Shown: positions 1 to 8,789 of the stretch, piece after piece
How positions within the stretch are numbered: the first letter of the stretch is position 1
Layout of the letters: the number at the start of each line of letters is the position of its first letter
From: an uncultured Mollicutes bacterium
GTDB lineage: Bacteria > Bacillota_I > Bacilli_A > RFN20 > CAG-826
DNA: 56,044 nucleotides
Direction: 5' to 3'
Assembly (NCBI GenBank): GCA_946539555.1
Contig: CAMNHN010000002.1
Span: 1-56,044, forward strand
Notes under the pieces: generated by a model
Seen by the model: only the letters and a program-made list of their open reading frames with translations
What the model was told of the DNA's origin: nothing
Database searches by the model: none
Program-made: the position numbers and the translations under genes

Positions 1-62
1 CTACTTGTAATCGTGTAAAATTTTTAGCACCCTTAAGTCAAATCGTGTAAAAATTTAGCACC
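1..62 (+). repeat. Two tandem copies (9-32 and 41-62) of the 24-bp unit AATCGTGTAAAAnTTTTAGCACCC. Positions 1-51 form the left copy of a ~51-bp direct repeat matching 2206-2256.
   Basis: Direct reading. Positions 1-51 and 2206-2256 align without gaps at 45/51 positions. Unit period is 32 bp. The array may continue left of the window edge. Confidence 0.85.
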
Positions 63-75
63 TATAAAAAGTAAA

Positions 76-711
76 TTACTTTAATAAGTCATCACCGTAT
101 TTATCGATTAACTTTTGTAATTTTCTTTTGTTTTCCGTAATCATTGTGGGAATTGACTCTTCATCTACTTTGTTTATTAAGAAAGCACTTAAATGAGCAT
201 GATTAGCAAACATATCTTCTTTGTTATTAATCTCATTATTCAATAGATAGCATAAATATGAATCATCATTTTCTTCAATATGCGGTTTTTTCCACACAAA
301 ATAAAACTCATCCATATTATTTTCATATGATACAATGTCTCCACAATCAAAAAGAATTGGAAATAGAATTATTTCATTAAAAGGAATATTTGGTTTATTA
401 CTGCCTCTTGGATCATTCTTTAAATAATACTTTATTGCCCTGTTAGAAATATCATTATATTTTCGAATATCCTTTATAGCTACATCAAATAACTGTCTTT
501 CATATTCTGAATTTGACATGTCTCTCAATTGTTTAAAAATCTCCAGTTTAGAGCCTTTCCAAAAATTTATAATTAAAGTGCCCCATTGAAATAAGTTTAA
601 TTCTTCTTTATGCTTATTAATATAATCGCATATTTCTTTTGAATAAACGTATTTCAATATTTCTTTATGCATATCTTTTATATTATTCATGTTTATTTTA
701 TAACCTTCCAA
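76..711 (-). CDS. Hypothetical protein (211 aa) with no recognisable motif; second gene of a two-gene operon
   Basis: Long ORF directly downstream of the 693-2096 gene. The track start is TTG at 711, overlapping the upstream gene by 19 nt. An alternative ATG at 690 lies 2 nt after the upstream stop. I recognise no conserved family signature. Confidence 0.6.
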   Translation of the reverse strand: MEGYKINMNNIKDMHKEILKYVYSKEICDYINKHKEELNLFQWGTLIINFWKGSKLEIFKQLRDMSNSEYERQLFDVAIKDIRKYNDISNRAIKYYLKNDPRGSNKPNIPFNEIILFPILFDCGDIVSYENNMDEFYFVWKKPHIEENDDSYLCYLLNNEINNKEDMFANHAHLSAFLINKVDEESIPTMITENKRKLQKLIDKYGDDLLK

Positions 712-2096
712 TATCCTGTTTTTCTTGAGCCAATCCTCTCAATTACGGATAATTCTTGCATTCTATTTAAATTGTTTTGAATGGCTGTATGACCAAGACC
801 GGTTTCTAAACTTAGTTCTGCGATTGTAATATTAGGATTATTTCTTATTGCTTTAATGATGGATAATTGTGATTTATTTAATAATTTATTAACCACTTCT
901 TCACCACTTTTATTAACCACTTTTTTCTCAATTTGGTAATCAACCGCATTGATAAAATTAAATGGTATTGTGACTTGAATCCAATTATCAGAAAATTCAA
1001 ATGCTTTTTCACCATAGTTATTTAATATTGTAGGAACCCCTCTACCAGTTCTTTCACTAATATGTAATTGTAAAAAAATATCCGATAATCTTTTATTCGT
1101 TGGCTCACTCTTTCCTTTATAAAAATCTTTCATCGATAGTTTAGGAGATAAAGCGCCATTAGATAATATTTCAATCCTATCAGAGTAAAATGTAAACATT
1201 GGGGCATTTTGTTCTTTCCAATTATTATGCACAAATGCATTAATTATTGCTTCTCGATATGACTTTACATCAAATAAATTGACTTCTTTTCTAGTTACAG
1301 TTCTATGTCTTTCATCAGCCTGTGGTATATTAAAAGTATCACCATAATCCAAAACTTTATCTAGCGAAAGTAACAAATTCATCATTCCAAATTCTTTTAC
1401 TGAAAATAAAGGGTCAGATTTAGTTTTTCCAGCAAATATTGCCACTCTAACATTTATATGAGAGTTATCAGACAATAGTTGAGCTAATAAATTAAATTTT
1501 CCATCAGTAGTTAATAAGCCAAGATTCTCCTTAAAATTGTCTTTATTAAGTATAATTCCTTTTGTTGAATAATAATTTATTAAAGTATTAAATGTAAGAT
1601 CTTGATATTGCGAAACAATATTTTCAATGGAATCATCTTTATGATTTAGTGAAGCCCATAGTTCAGCTTCTCTTTCAGGATATCGTAATAAACTTTCAGT
1701 GCTAGAACCAATCCTTATATATCTTACTTGTTTATAAGATGTTGGAACATTATTAGCAGAAGGTATAATTAATATAACAATCCTTTTATCTTCGACTACA
1801 AACTCATCAAATTTGAAAGAAAGATTTGGATAAAGATTTCTTAATAGGTAATGTTCTAATGGTTCATGATTAACATCCATATTATAATCAAATGATGTGC
1901 CTACTATTTCATGTGTTTCATCATTGACGCCCCAAAAGAAATAAGCATAATCTGATCCAATAATTCTAGCAGTATTAGATAACGCTGATATATATTCACC
2001 AAGTTTATCTGCATTAAACCAGTTTTCTTTAAATTCGAACCAACTTGCTTCAAAGGTTCTTTTTCTTAAATCATTTAATAATTCAGCATAGTTCAT
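693..2096 (-). CDS. AlbA_2 (Schlafen-like, 'divergent AAA') + HATPase_c_4-like + C-terminal winged-HTH protein, of the kind often mis-annotated as 'RecG-like helicase/transcriptional regulator'
   Basis: The N-terminus (E..WFEFKENW...YISALSNT...FFWGV.DETHEIVG) fits the AlbA_2 family pattern. The C-terminal 60 aa (SIIKAIRNNPNITIAELSLETGLGHTAIQNNLNRMQELSVIERIG) is a wHTH. I trimmed the start to ATG 2096, which lies 7 nt after AGGAGG; the track starts at TTG 2102. Confidence 0.7.
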   Translation of the reverse strand: MNYAELLNDLRKRTFEASWFEFKENWFNADKLGEYISALSNTARIIGSDYAYFFWGVNDETHEIVGTSFDYNMDVNHEPLEHYLLRNLYPNLSFKFDEFVVEDKRIVILIIPSANNVPTSYKQVRYIRIGSSTESLLRYPEREAELWASLNHKDDSIENIVSQYQDLTFNTLINYYSTKGIILNKDNFKENLGLLTTDGKFNLLAQLLSDNSHINVRVAIFAGKTKSDPLFSVKEFGMMNLLLSLDKVLDYGDTFNIPQADERHRTVTRKEVNLFDVKSYREAIINAFVHNNWKEQNAPMFTFYSDRIEILSNGALSPKLSMKDFYKGKSEPTNKRLSDIFLQLHISERTGRGVPTILNNYGEKAFEFSDNWIQVTIPFNFINAVDYQIEKKVVNKSGEEVVNKLLNKSQLSIIKAIRNNPNITIAELSLETGLGHTAIQNNLNRMQELSVIERIGSRKTGYWKVIK

Positions 2097-2108
2097 AATC
2101 AATCCTCC

Positions 2109-2175
2109 TAACCACTTTTATTATATCATAATGTGGTTAATAAATCAATGAAATGTGGTTAATAAAGTGGTTAAT
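2109..2175 (-). promoter_or_regulatory. Promoter of the AlbA_2 gene with embedded GTGGTTAA operator-like repeats
   Basis: On the minus strand: TTGATT (2143-2148), 17 nt, then the extended -10 TGATATAAT (2120-2128), then AGGAGG. GTGGTTAA occurs three times directly (2133, 2155, 2167). An inverted TAACCAC (2109-2115) brackets the -10. Confidence 0.6.
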
Positions 2176-2182
2176 ATTTTCA

Positions 2183-2260
2183 AATCGTGTAAATTTTTAG
2201 CACCCCTACATATAATCGTGTAAAAGTTTTAGCACCCTTGCCTCAAATCGTGTAAATCGT
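2183..2260 (+). repeat. Three tandem copies (2183-2205, 2214-2237, partial 2246-2260) of the same 24-bp unit; contains the right copy of the ~51-bp direct repeat (2206-2256)
   Basis: Direct reading. Orientation matches the copies at 9-62 and the period is 31-32 bp. Confidence 0.85.
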
Positions 2261-2359
2261 CTTGCAAAGAAAGTCAATTAACAGCCTGTTTTTGAACTGC
2301 ATAAAATAAAAAAGAGTTTCTAAAAGCTCAAAATATAGGGTTCAACCTGTTCTATATAC

Positions 2360-2387
2360 AAAAAAAGGCCTAATACCAATGGTATTA
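2360..2387 (-). terminator. Possible weak intrinsic terminator after tRNA-Leu
   Basis: Minus strand shows TAATACC-att-GGTATTA (2371-2387), then GGCC and T7 (2360-2366). The stem is AT-rich and a 4-nt spacer precedes the T-run. Confidence 0.4.
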
Positions 2388-2404
2388 AGTCTGTTCTACT
2401 ATAA

Positions 2405-2491
2405 TGGTGCTCCCGACCGGAATCGAACCGGTACGTTATCGCTAACACTAGATTTTGAGTCTAGCGCGTCTACCAATTCCGCCACGGGAGC
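2405..2491 (-). tRNA. tRNA-Leu, anticodon CAA, type II long variable arm, encoded CCA
   Basis: The reverse complement folds as a cloverleaf: acceptor GCTCCCG/CGGGAGC, anticodon stem CTAGA/TCTAG with loop CTCAAAA, long variable arm, T-arm GGTTCGATTCC, and a 3' CCA. Confidence 0.93.
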
Positions 2492-2534
2492 ACTTTCATT
2501 ATTTTATAAGAAATCAAAAATAAAATCGAGTATT

Positions 2535-2564
2535 AATAAAAGAAAGAGCAACTTTTGTTGCTCT
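2535..2564 (-). terminator. lysS intrinsic terminator
   Basis: AGAGCAAC-aaaa-GTTGCTCT followed by TTCTTTTATT on the minus strand, 3 nt after the lysS stop. Confidence 0.8.
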
Positions 2565-2567
2565 AGC

Positions 2568-4052
2568 TTATTTTTGATCTTTCATACATGGGAACAATAT
2601 GACTTCTCTGATGTTTGCTTGATTTGTAAGAAGCATAATAAATCTATCAATTCCCATACCAATGCCACCTGTTGGAGCCATACCATATTCAAGAGCTTCT
2701 AAGAAGTCTTCATCTAACTCATTTGCTTCATCATCACCTAACTCTTTTGCTTTAAGTTGGGCAATAAATCTTTCTTTTTGATCGATTGGATCGTTTAATT
2801 CTGAATATGCGTTAGAGAATTCTGTTCCATTAATATATAACTCAAATCTTTCAACAAATCTTGGATCTTTTGATTTTTTAGTTAATGGAGAAATTTCAAT
2901 TGGATGTCCATGAACAAAAGTTGGTTGAATTAAATCTGCTTCACAGAATTCTTCAAATAGAGCATTTAAAATATAACCATTACTTGTCCAATGTGGTTCA
3001 ATTTTGATGCCTTTTGATTTCGCAAAAGCAACCGCTTCTTCAAAAGACAAATCTGATTCAAAATCTAAACCTGTTTTTTCTTTAACAAGTTCTGCCATTG
3101 AAACCCATTTAAATTCTTGGCCAAGATCAATTTCTAATCCTTGATAATTAATTTTTGTGGTTCCGAGAACTTGTTCTGCGCAATATCTAACTAAGCCTTC
3201 ATTTAATCTTCTCATTGATTGAAGATCTCCAAAAGCTTCATAAAGTTCGATTGTTGTGAATTCTGGATTGTGTTTTGCATCCATTCCTTCATTTCTAAAG
3301 AGTCTTCCGATTTCATAAACTTTTTCTAACCCACCAACGATTAAACGTTTTAAGTTAAGTTCGGTTGCAATTCTTAAATAGAAATCTTTATTTAATGTAT
3401 TGTGGTGAGTAATAAATGGTTTTGCAGAAGCTCCACCTAAAATTGGTGAAAGAACACTTGTTTCAACTTCAACAAATCCTTGAGAATCACAATAGCGTTG
3501 AATTGCTCTAATAATTTGAGGTCTTAAAAGAGCGGTTCTTTTTGATTCTTCGTTCATTATTAAATCAACATATCTATGTCTTGATCTTTCTTCAATGTCA
3601 ACAAGTCCGTGGAATTTTTCTGGTAATGGTCTTAAAGATTTTGTTAAGAAAGTATATTTTTCTGCCTTGATTGTTAATTCGCCAGTTCTTGTAAACATCA
3701 ATTTACCATAAACACCGACAATATCACCAATATCAGTAAGTTTTAAAATGTTATAGCTTTCTTCACCAACTGAATCAATAGAAATATAAACTTGGACTTT
3801 TCCAAATTTATCTTGTATGTTAAAAAATGATGCTTTCCCCATTTTTCTCATAAACATAACTCTTCCAGCTACGTTAACATATATTGGATTTGCTTCTAAA
3901 CTTTCGTTGGTTTGACCTTCTGATTTTTCTTTGCAAGTTTTAGATGTATCAGTTCTTTCATATGCTTCACCATATGGATCAACACCTAATTCTCTTAATT
4001 TTTGTAACTTTTCTCTTCTAGCAATTTCTTGATCGTTTAATCTTTCTTCCAT
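2568..4052 (-). CDS. lysS: Lysine--tRNA ligase (class II)
   Basis: Full-length class II LysRS pattern: OB-fold N-domain, then the FRNEG and GGIGMGIDR motifs. Start trimmed to ATG 4052 (MEERLNDQEI...) behind AAGAGG. The 26-aa track extension would overlap dusB. Confidence 0.93.
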   Translation of the reverse strand: MEERLNDQEIARREKLQKLRELGVDPYGEAYERTDTSKTCKEKSEGQTNESLEANPIYVNVAGRVMFMRKMGKASFFNIQDKFGKVQVYISIDSVGEESYNILKLTDIGDIVGVYGKLMFTRTGELTIKAEKYTFLTKSLRPLPEKFHGLVDIEERSRHRYVDLIMNEESKRTALLRPQIIRAIQRYCDSQGFVEVETSVLSPILGGASAKPFITHHNTLNKDFYLRIATELNLKRLIVGGLEKVYEIGRLFRNEGMDAKHNPEFTTIELYEAFGDLQSMRRLNEGLVRYCAEQVLGTTKINYQGLEIDLGQEFKWVSMAELVKEKTGLDFESDLSFEEAVAFAKSKGIKIEPHWTSNGYILNALFEEFCEADLIQPTFVHGHPIEISPLTKKSKDPRFVERFELYINGTEFSNAYSELNDPIDQKERFIAQLKAKELGDDEANELDEDFLEALEYGMAPTGGIGMGIDRFIMLLTNQANIREVILFPCMKDQK

Positions 4053-4113
4053 AACTTCTGCCTCTTTCGTTGTTAAATTATATATAAATTTATAGAGTAA
4101 TTCAAAAATTACT

Positions 4114-5088
4114 CTAATTTTTATAATCAAATTCGTTTATTAATTTTTTAATTTCAGAAATTGATGAACAATTCTCTGTAATTTTTTGTTTAAGTTCTCT
4201 TATTTTTTGTCCGTTAAACATATTAAAAAACTTTGGTGCTTCACCTTTTAAGATTGGTAAGGCGTGTCTTTCTTCTTTTTCTTCTACAAGAAGATCAATA
4301 AATTCAAATAAGAACTTCTTTTGCTTTTCAAAAGTTGTTTCTTCGTATTCCTCACCATTTAATGCAGCATTAATGTTTTTTATTAAAAGCGGGTTTCCTT
4401 CTCCACCTCTAGCAACTAACACCGCATCAGCTTTTGTAATCTCAAGCGCTTTAAGTGCATCATGAACAGTAAAAATATTCCCACTTACTGCAAAAGGAAT
4501 CTTTATAATATTTTTTAAATCTTTAATCTCTTCAAAATGTGGAGTGCCATAATACAATTCTTTTTTTGTTCTTGCGTGAACCATAATAAAGCTTACTCCT
4601 GCCTTTTCTAAAGTCTTACAAGTGTCATAAACATTAACTGATTCATAACCTAATCGTATTTTTGCAGAAACTGGTTTTTTTGATTTTTTAACTACTGCAG
4701 AAACCATGTCAAAAAGTTCATTTTGATCCAATAACCGTTTAGAACCGCCGTTATTTTTTGTAACTTTAGGAACAGGACATGCTAAATTTAGATCTAAAAT
4801 ATCATAATTAATATTGTTCTCTTCAAGCACATCCATCGCTTTTAAAAGTGTCTCTTTTGTTCCTCCAAAAAGTTGTAAACCAAGTGGGGCATCCTCTCCG
4901 TTTGAATAGCACATTTGGAGAGTTCTTTTGTTACCATAATTTAATCCACAATCACTTATCATTTCGGTGTATGTTAAAGCGCAACCAAAAGGTTTCATAA
5001 ATTTTCTATAAGAAAAAGAAGTTACCCCAGCCATAGGAGCTAGGATAACTCTTCCTTTTATTTCAATGTTCCCGATAAAGAAACTCAT
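4114..5088 (-). CDS. dusB: tRNA-dihydrouridine synthase
   Basis: Dus-family N-terminus (LAPMAGVT..FR) with a TIM-barrel pattern. The dusB-lysS order matches Bacillus. Confidence 0.85.
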   Translation of the reverse strand: MSFFIGNIEIKGRVILAPMAGVTSFSYRKFMKPFGCALTYTEMISDCGLNYGNKRTLQMCYSNGEDAPLGLQLFGGTKETLLKAMDVLEENNINYDILDLNLACPVPKVTKNNGGSKRLLDQNELFDMVSAVVKKSKKPVSAKIRLGYESVNVYDTCKTLEKAGVSFIMVHARTKKELYYGTPHFEEIKDLKNIIKIPFAVSGNIFTVHDALKALEITKADAVLVARGGEGNPLLIKNINAALNGEEYEETTFEKQKKFLFEFIDLLVEEKEERHALPILKGEAPKFFNMFNGQKIRELKQKITENCSSISEIKKLINEFDYKN

Positions 5089-7196
5089 TCTTCTTTCTTT
5101 TCTTCCTTGTTGTCGACTTCTGGTTCGTTTGTTTTTGCCTCTTCTTTAACTTCTTTCTTTTCAGCTTCTTCAACTTTTGAACCATTTAAAATTGAAGCAG
5201 AACTACCTGCTGTTTCTTTTTGCGAAACACTTTCTTCAGGTAATTTTCTGTGTTCAAGGAGATAACCAATTTCTTCTTCAGTAATTGTGTCGTGTTCAAG
5301 TAAAGTTTCAGCAATTAAAATAACGTCTTCTTTTCTTTCGTTAATAATTTTTAATGCTAATTCATGAGCAGATTCGATAATTTTCTTAATTTCAATATCG
5401 ATTTCGTTTTGGACACCAACCGAGAAATTCTTTTGAGATGTATAGTCTCTTCCAAGGAAGACACTTCCAGAATTTTTCTCATATTGAATTGGACCAAGGG
5501 AACTCATGCCCCATTCAACGACCATACGTCTAGCAATTTCAGTTGCTCTTTCAATATCGTTGCTTGCGCCTGTAGAAACATCTTTAAAGAATACTTCTTC
5601 ACTAGCTCTTCCACCAAGTAAACCGCAAATTTCAGCTTCTAATTCACTCTTAGTGATTAAGAATCTGTCGTTTTCTGGTCCCATTAATACGTGACCACCG
5701 GTTTGACCTCTTGGAATGATTGTAATTTTTCTAACTTTTTCAGCATGTTCTAATGTTAAACCAATAATTGCGTGACCTGATTCATGGTAAGCAATTTGTT
5801 TTCTTTCTTTTTCAATTAAACTCTTATTTGATTTTGCAGGTCCTGCAATTCTTCTATCAATTGCTTCATCAATATCAGCTGTTGAGATTAATTCACGACC
5901 ACCTCTAACAGCTAAAATTGCGGCTTCATTTAAGATGTTTGAAATATCAGCACCACTAAATCCAACTGTTCTTTTTGCAAGTTGACCAAAATCTATATTT
6001 GATTCAAATTGTTTATTTCTTGCGTGGATCTTAAATATAGCTTCTCTTCCTGCTTTATCTGGAAGATTAACTGTAATTTGTCTATCGAAACGACCTGCTC
6101 TTAATAAGGCTGGATCAAGAACGTCGGCTCTATTTGTTGCGGCAATAATGATAACTCCAGAATTTTCTTCGAAACCATCAAGTTCAACAAGTAATTGGTT
6201 AAGAGTTTGTTCTCTTTCGTCGTTTCCGCCACCTAAACCAGCACCTCTTTGTCTACCAACAGCATCGATTTCATCGATAAAAACAACACAAGGAGCATTT
6301 TGTTTGGCATTTTTAAATAAATCTCTAACTCTTCCGGCACCTGCACCGACAAACATTTCAACAAAGTCAGAACCGGAAATCGAGAAGAAAGGTACACCAA
6401 CTTCACCAGCAACAGCTTTTGCTAATAAAGTTTTACCTGTTCCTGGAGGCCCTACTAAGAGGAAACCTTTTGGTAGTTTTGCACCAGCTTTAGTATATTT
6501 TTTAGGATTCTTTAAGTAATCACAAAGTTCCATCATTTCGGCTTTTTCTTCATCACAACCAGCAACATCAGTAAATTTAACTTTTGAGTCGTCGATTCTT
6601 CTTGCTTTTGATTTTGTAAAATCAAGAGCAGCTTGATTGCCACCAGCTGTATTCATAAGCATTCTAAATAAGAAGATAGCAATTACAACAGTGACGCCAA
6701 CTGTAATAATAGTTGGTAGCCATGATAAGAAAGCGTTCTCTTTATATTCGCTAGAGAAGAAGCCCATATCAGATTTATATTTTGTATAATCAGCTTTTAC
6801 TTTATTTCTTTCGATTTGTTCAATTAAAGATTCAGCAATTGTATAGTTTTCGCTTCCAACTTTAATTTGAATATTATTATAGTCGCTTTCAATAAATGTA
6901 GCATAATAATCAGTTAATTTTATTTCTCCAGATGAGTTGTCAGCAACTTCAAAATAGAGTGTAACTTCCCCACCTCTCAAGCTTGCACTAGCTGCGATTA
7001 TATCTTTATTTGCATCTGAGTCATCGGCATCTCTTTGAATAAGTGTGATGGCTTCAGATGTTGCCATTTGTGTGTATTTTTTATTTGCTTGTCTAAAGAC
7101 AAAGAATACTAAAAATCCTAAAAGTACAATTATTATCACATAGACAAAATAACTATATACTCGTGAACCTTTTCTTTTATTTTTGTTGTTGTCCAT
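5085..7196 (-). CDS. ftsH: ATP-dependent zinc metalloprotease FtsH
   Basis: Two N-terminal TM segments, Walker A GPPGTGKT, an SRH region, the zinc motif HESGHA, and a K/E-rich C-terminal tail. Confidence 0.95.
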   Translation of the reverse strand: MDNNKNKRKGSRVYSYFVYVIIIVLLGFLVFFVFRQANKKYTQMATSEAITLIQRDADDSDANKDIIAASASLRGGEVTLYFEVADNSSGEIKLTDYYATFIESDYNNIQIKVGSENYTIAESLIEQIERNKVKADYTKYKSDMGFFSSEYKENAFLSWLPTIITVGVTVVIAIFLFRMLMNTAGGNQAALDFTKSKARRIDDSKVKFTDVAGCDEEKAEMMELCDYLKNPKKYTKAGAKLPKGFLLVGPPGTGKTLLAKAVAGEVGVPFFSISGSDFVEMFVGAGAGRVRDLFKNAKQNAPCVVFIDEIDAVGRQRGAGLGGGNDEREQTLNQLLVELDGFEENSGVIIIAATNRADVLDPALLRAGRFDRQITVNLPDKAGREAIFKIHARNKQFESNIDFGQLAKRTVGFSGADISNILNEAAILAVRGGRELISTADIDEAIDRRIAGPAKSNKSLIEKERKQIAYHESGHAIIGLTLEHAEKVRKITIIPRGQTGGHVLMGPENDRFLITKSELEAEICGLLGGRASEEVFFKDVSTGASNDIERATEIARRMVVEWGMSSLGPIQYEKNSGSVFLGRDYTSQKNFSVGVQNEIDIEIKKIIESAHELALKIINERKEDVILIAETLLEHDTITEEEIGYLLEHRKLPEESVSQKETAGSSASILNGSKVEEAEKKEVKEEAKTNEPEVDNKEEKKEE

Positions 7197-7309
7197 GTTA
7201 TCTCCTTTCTTTTCAAAACAATATTTGAAATTAGAATTAATATAATTTTATCTTAAAAGATAAAATAAACAATTAAATTTGCTCAAAAATCGTATTTAAT
7301 CACCGTTTT

Positions 7310-8539
7310 TTAGCTTTTACAAAGCTTTTCTAAATCAAAGGTAATTAAGCCTTTTGATCTTTCTTTCGTCTTTTCAAACTTAGGAACATAAAGAAGATTC
7401 CCGTTTTTATCATAAATTCCTGGCCATACACTTCTTAAAGACAAAGGTACTTTCCAAGAAATAAATTGTCGATTAACAGAATAAGTTTTTCCATCTTTAA
7501 AGTATTTTTCTTCCTTGTTAACCGGTTTTATTAAAAGCGGAAAACAATCTTTAATTAAATTATAATTTTTATCTTTGATATTGATTTTAATCAATTTGTT
7601 GCTTTCATTTTTCTTTAATTCAAAACAATATTTCTTAAGTTTTTCTTTTATTGAAAGCACTCCGTATTCAAGATACAAAGAGTGTGATTCATCTAAAATT
7701 TTCTCCCAATTTTTAGTCTTAGACGAAGTAACTTTTTTAATCTCTTGAGCTTCTTTAAACGAAATTTCGTGAAACACGTAACTGTGTTTTAAAAGCAAAA
7801 TTAACATCAAATAAAAATCTTTATCGTCTTTAAATTTTCTATAAAATTCTTCAATTTCAATTGAATTATTGTTAATTAATTTTTCGATTTCTTCACAAAA
7901 ACCATGCAAAACTTCATTCTTTTTCAAAATATCTTGCAAAATTAAGTTTTTTTCTTCTCTACTTAATTTATTAATGATTTCTAATCTGATTTTGTTTCTT
8001 TTAAAAATCGGAACTAGATTTGATGGGTCAATTGAATAAGGAATATTGTTTTCATTTACATAATTCATGAGTTCGCTTTTGGTGTATTTTAAAACAAATG
8101 GTCTAATAATTTTTGCACCTTTATACTCACTAATTTCTTTGATTCCATAATAGCTCACATATCCTCTTTCTTTTTGAAGATAATATGTTTCAATAAAGTC
8201 GTCTATGTGTTGAGCAACTAAGACATTTTTAATTCCTGTTTTGCTTGCGACTTCAGAAAAATAATCATATCTAACAGTCCTTGCCCAATCTTCTTCATTA
8301 ACTCCTTTAGGCATATGAGTTTCAAGAACATGAACCTTGATATTAAATTTATTTGCAAAGTCACGAATGCCTTTTTCATCATCGTCGGCTTGATCTAAAA
8401 TATGATAATTTACATGAACTACTTCAAAATAGATATTCTCTTTGACTAACATATCAAAAAGTGCCATAGAATCTGGTCCATAACTACATGCAAGTAAATA
8501 TTTTTCGTTTTTATTCAAGTTCGTCTTCATTTTTGTCAA
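7310..8539 (-). CDS. tilS: tRNA(Ile)-lysidine synthetase
   Basis: N-terminal PP-loop region (LLACSYGPDSMAL, a variant of SGGxDS). Conserved position upstream of ftsH. The exact start is uncertain; an alternative ATG is at 8530. Confidence 0.8.
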   Translation of the reverse strand: MTKMKTNLNKNEKYLLACSYGPDSMALFDMLVKENIYFEVVHVNYHILDQADDDEKGIRDFANKFNIKVHVLETHMPKGVNEEDWARTVRYDYFSEVASKTGIKNVLVAQHIDDFIETYYLQKERGYVSYYGIKEISEYKGAKIIRPFVLKYTKSELMNYVNENNIPYSIDPSNLVPIFKRNKIRLEIINKLSREEKNLILQDILKKNEVLHGFCEEIEKLINNNSIEIEEFYRKFKDDKDFYLMLILLLKHSYVFHEISFKEAQEIKKVTSSKTKNWEKILDESHSLYLEYGVLSIKEKLKKYCFELKKNESNKLIKINIKDKNYNLIKDCFPLLIKPVNKEEKYFKDGKTYSVNRQFISWKVPLSLRSVWPGIYDKNGNLLYVPKFEKTKERSKGLITFDLEKLCKS

Positions 8540-8789
8540 TGATTTTATCCTCTAAAATTTCGTATAACTCGTGGCTATCTTCTTTTTTAACAACATTAGC
8601 AATTTTTAAAACTTTTACCGTTAATTCGTGACGACCTAAAGGTAAAACAATTACGTCTCCTTCGTTAATTTCACTCGATGGTTTTGCTGTTTTTCCGTTA
8701 ATTTGAAAGATGCCTCTATCTAAAAGTTCTTTAGCTACAGTTCTTCTTTTAATTAATCTTGTTAATTTTAAATACTTATCAATTCTCAT
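8511..8789 (-). CDS. rqcP: S4-domain RNA-binding protein, YabO/RqcP-like
   Basis: MRIDKYLKLTRLIKRRTVAKE... closely resembles B. subtilis YabO as I recall it. Size is about 90 aa. Confidence 0.75.
   Translation of the reverse strand: MRIDKYLKLTRLIKRRTVAKELLDRGIFQINGKTAKPSSEINEGDVIVLPLGRHELTVKVLKIANVVKKEDSHELYEILEDKIIDKNEDELE

Noticed and set aside
9-2260. The 24-bp repeats could be a CRISPR array
   Set aside because: Spacers between units are only about 8 bp, there are just 2-3 units per side, no cas genes are present, and the two clusters are separated by a 2.1-kb coding cassette. This does not fit CRISPR architecture.
2379-2702. 107-aa + strand ORF
   Set aside because: It runs antisense through tRNA-Leu and the 3' end of lysS, has a low-complexity product and no SD. 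It is an ORF-finder artefact.
6148-6519. 123-aa ORF antisense to ftsH, and similar antisense ORFs at 5364-5694, 9178-9372, 10085-10435, 19568-21984, 22865-23164, 25834-27022, 31815-32141, 34243-35448, 36811-38475, 42258-43391 and 55257-55751
   Set aside because: All lie fully inside well-supported conserved genes on the opposite strand or in another frame. Their products are S/L/F-rich, as is typical of antisense reading of AT-rich genes, and they lack SD or promoter signals.
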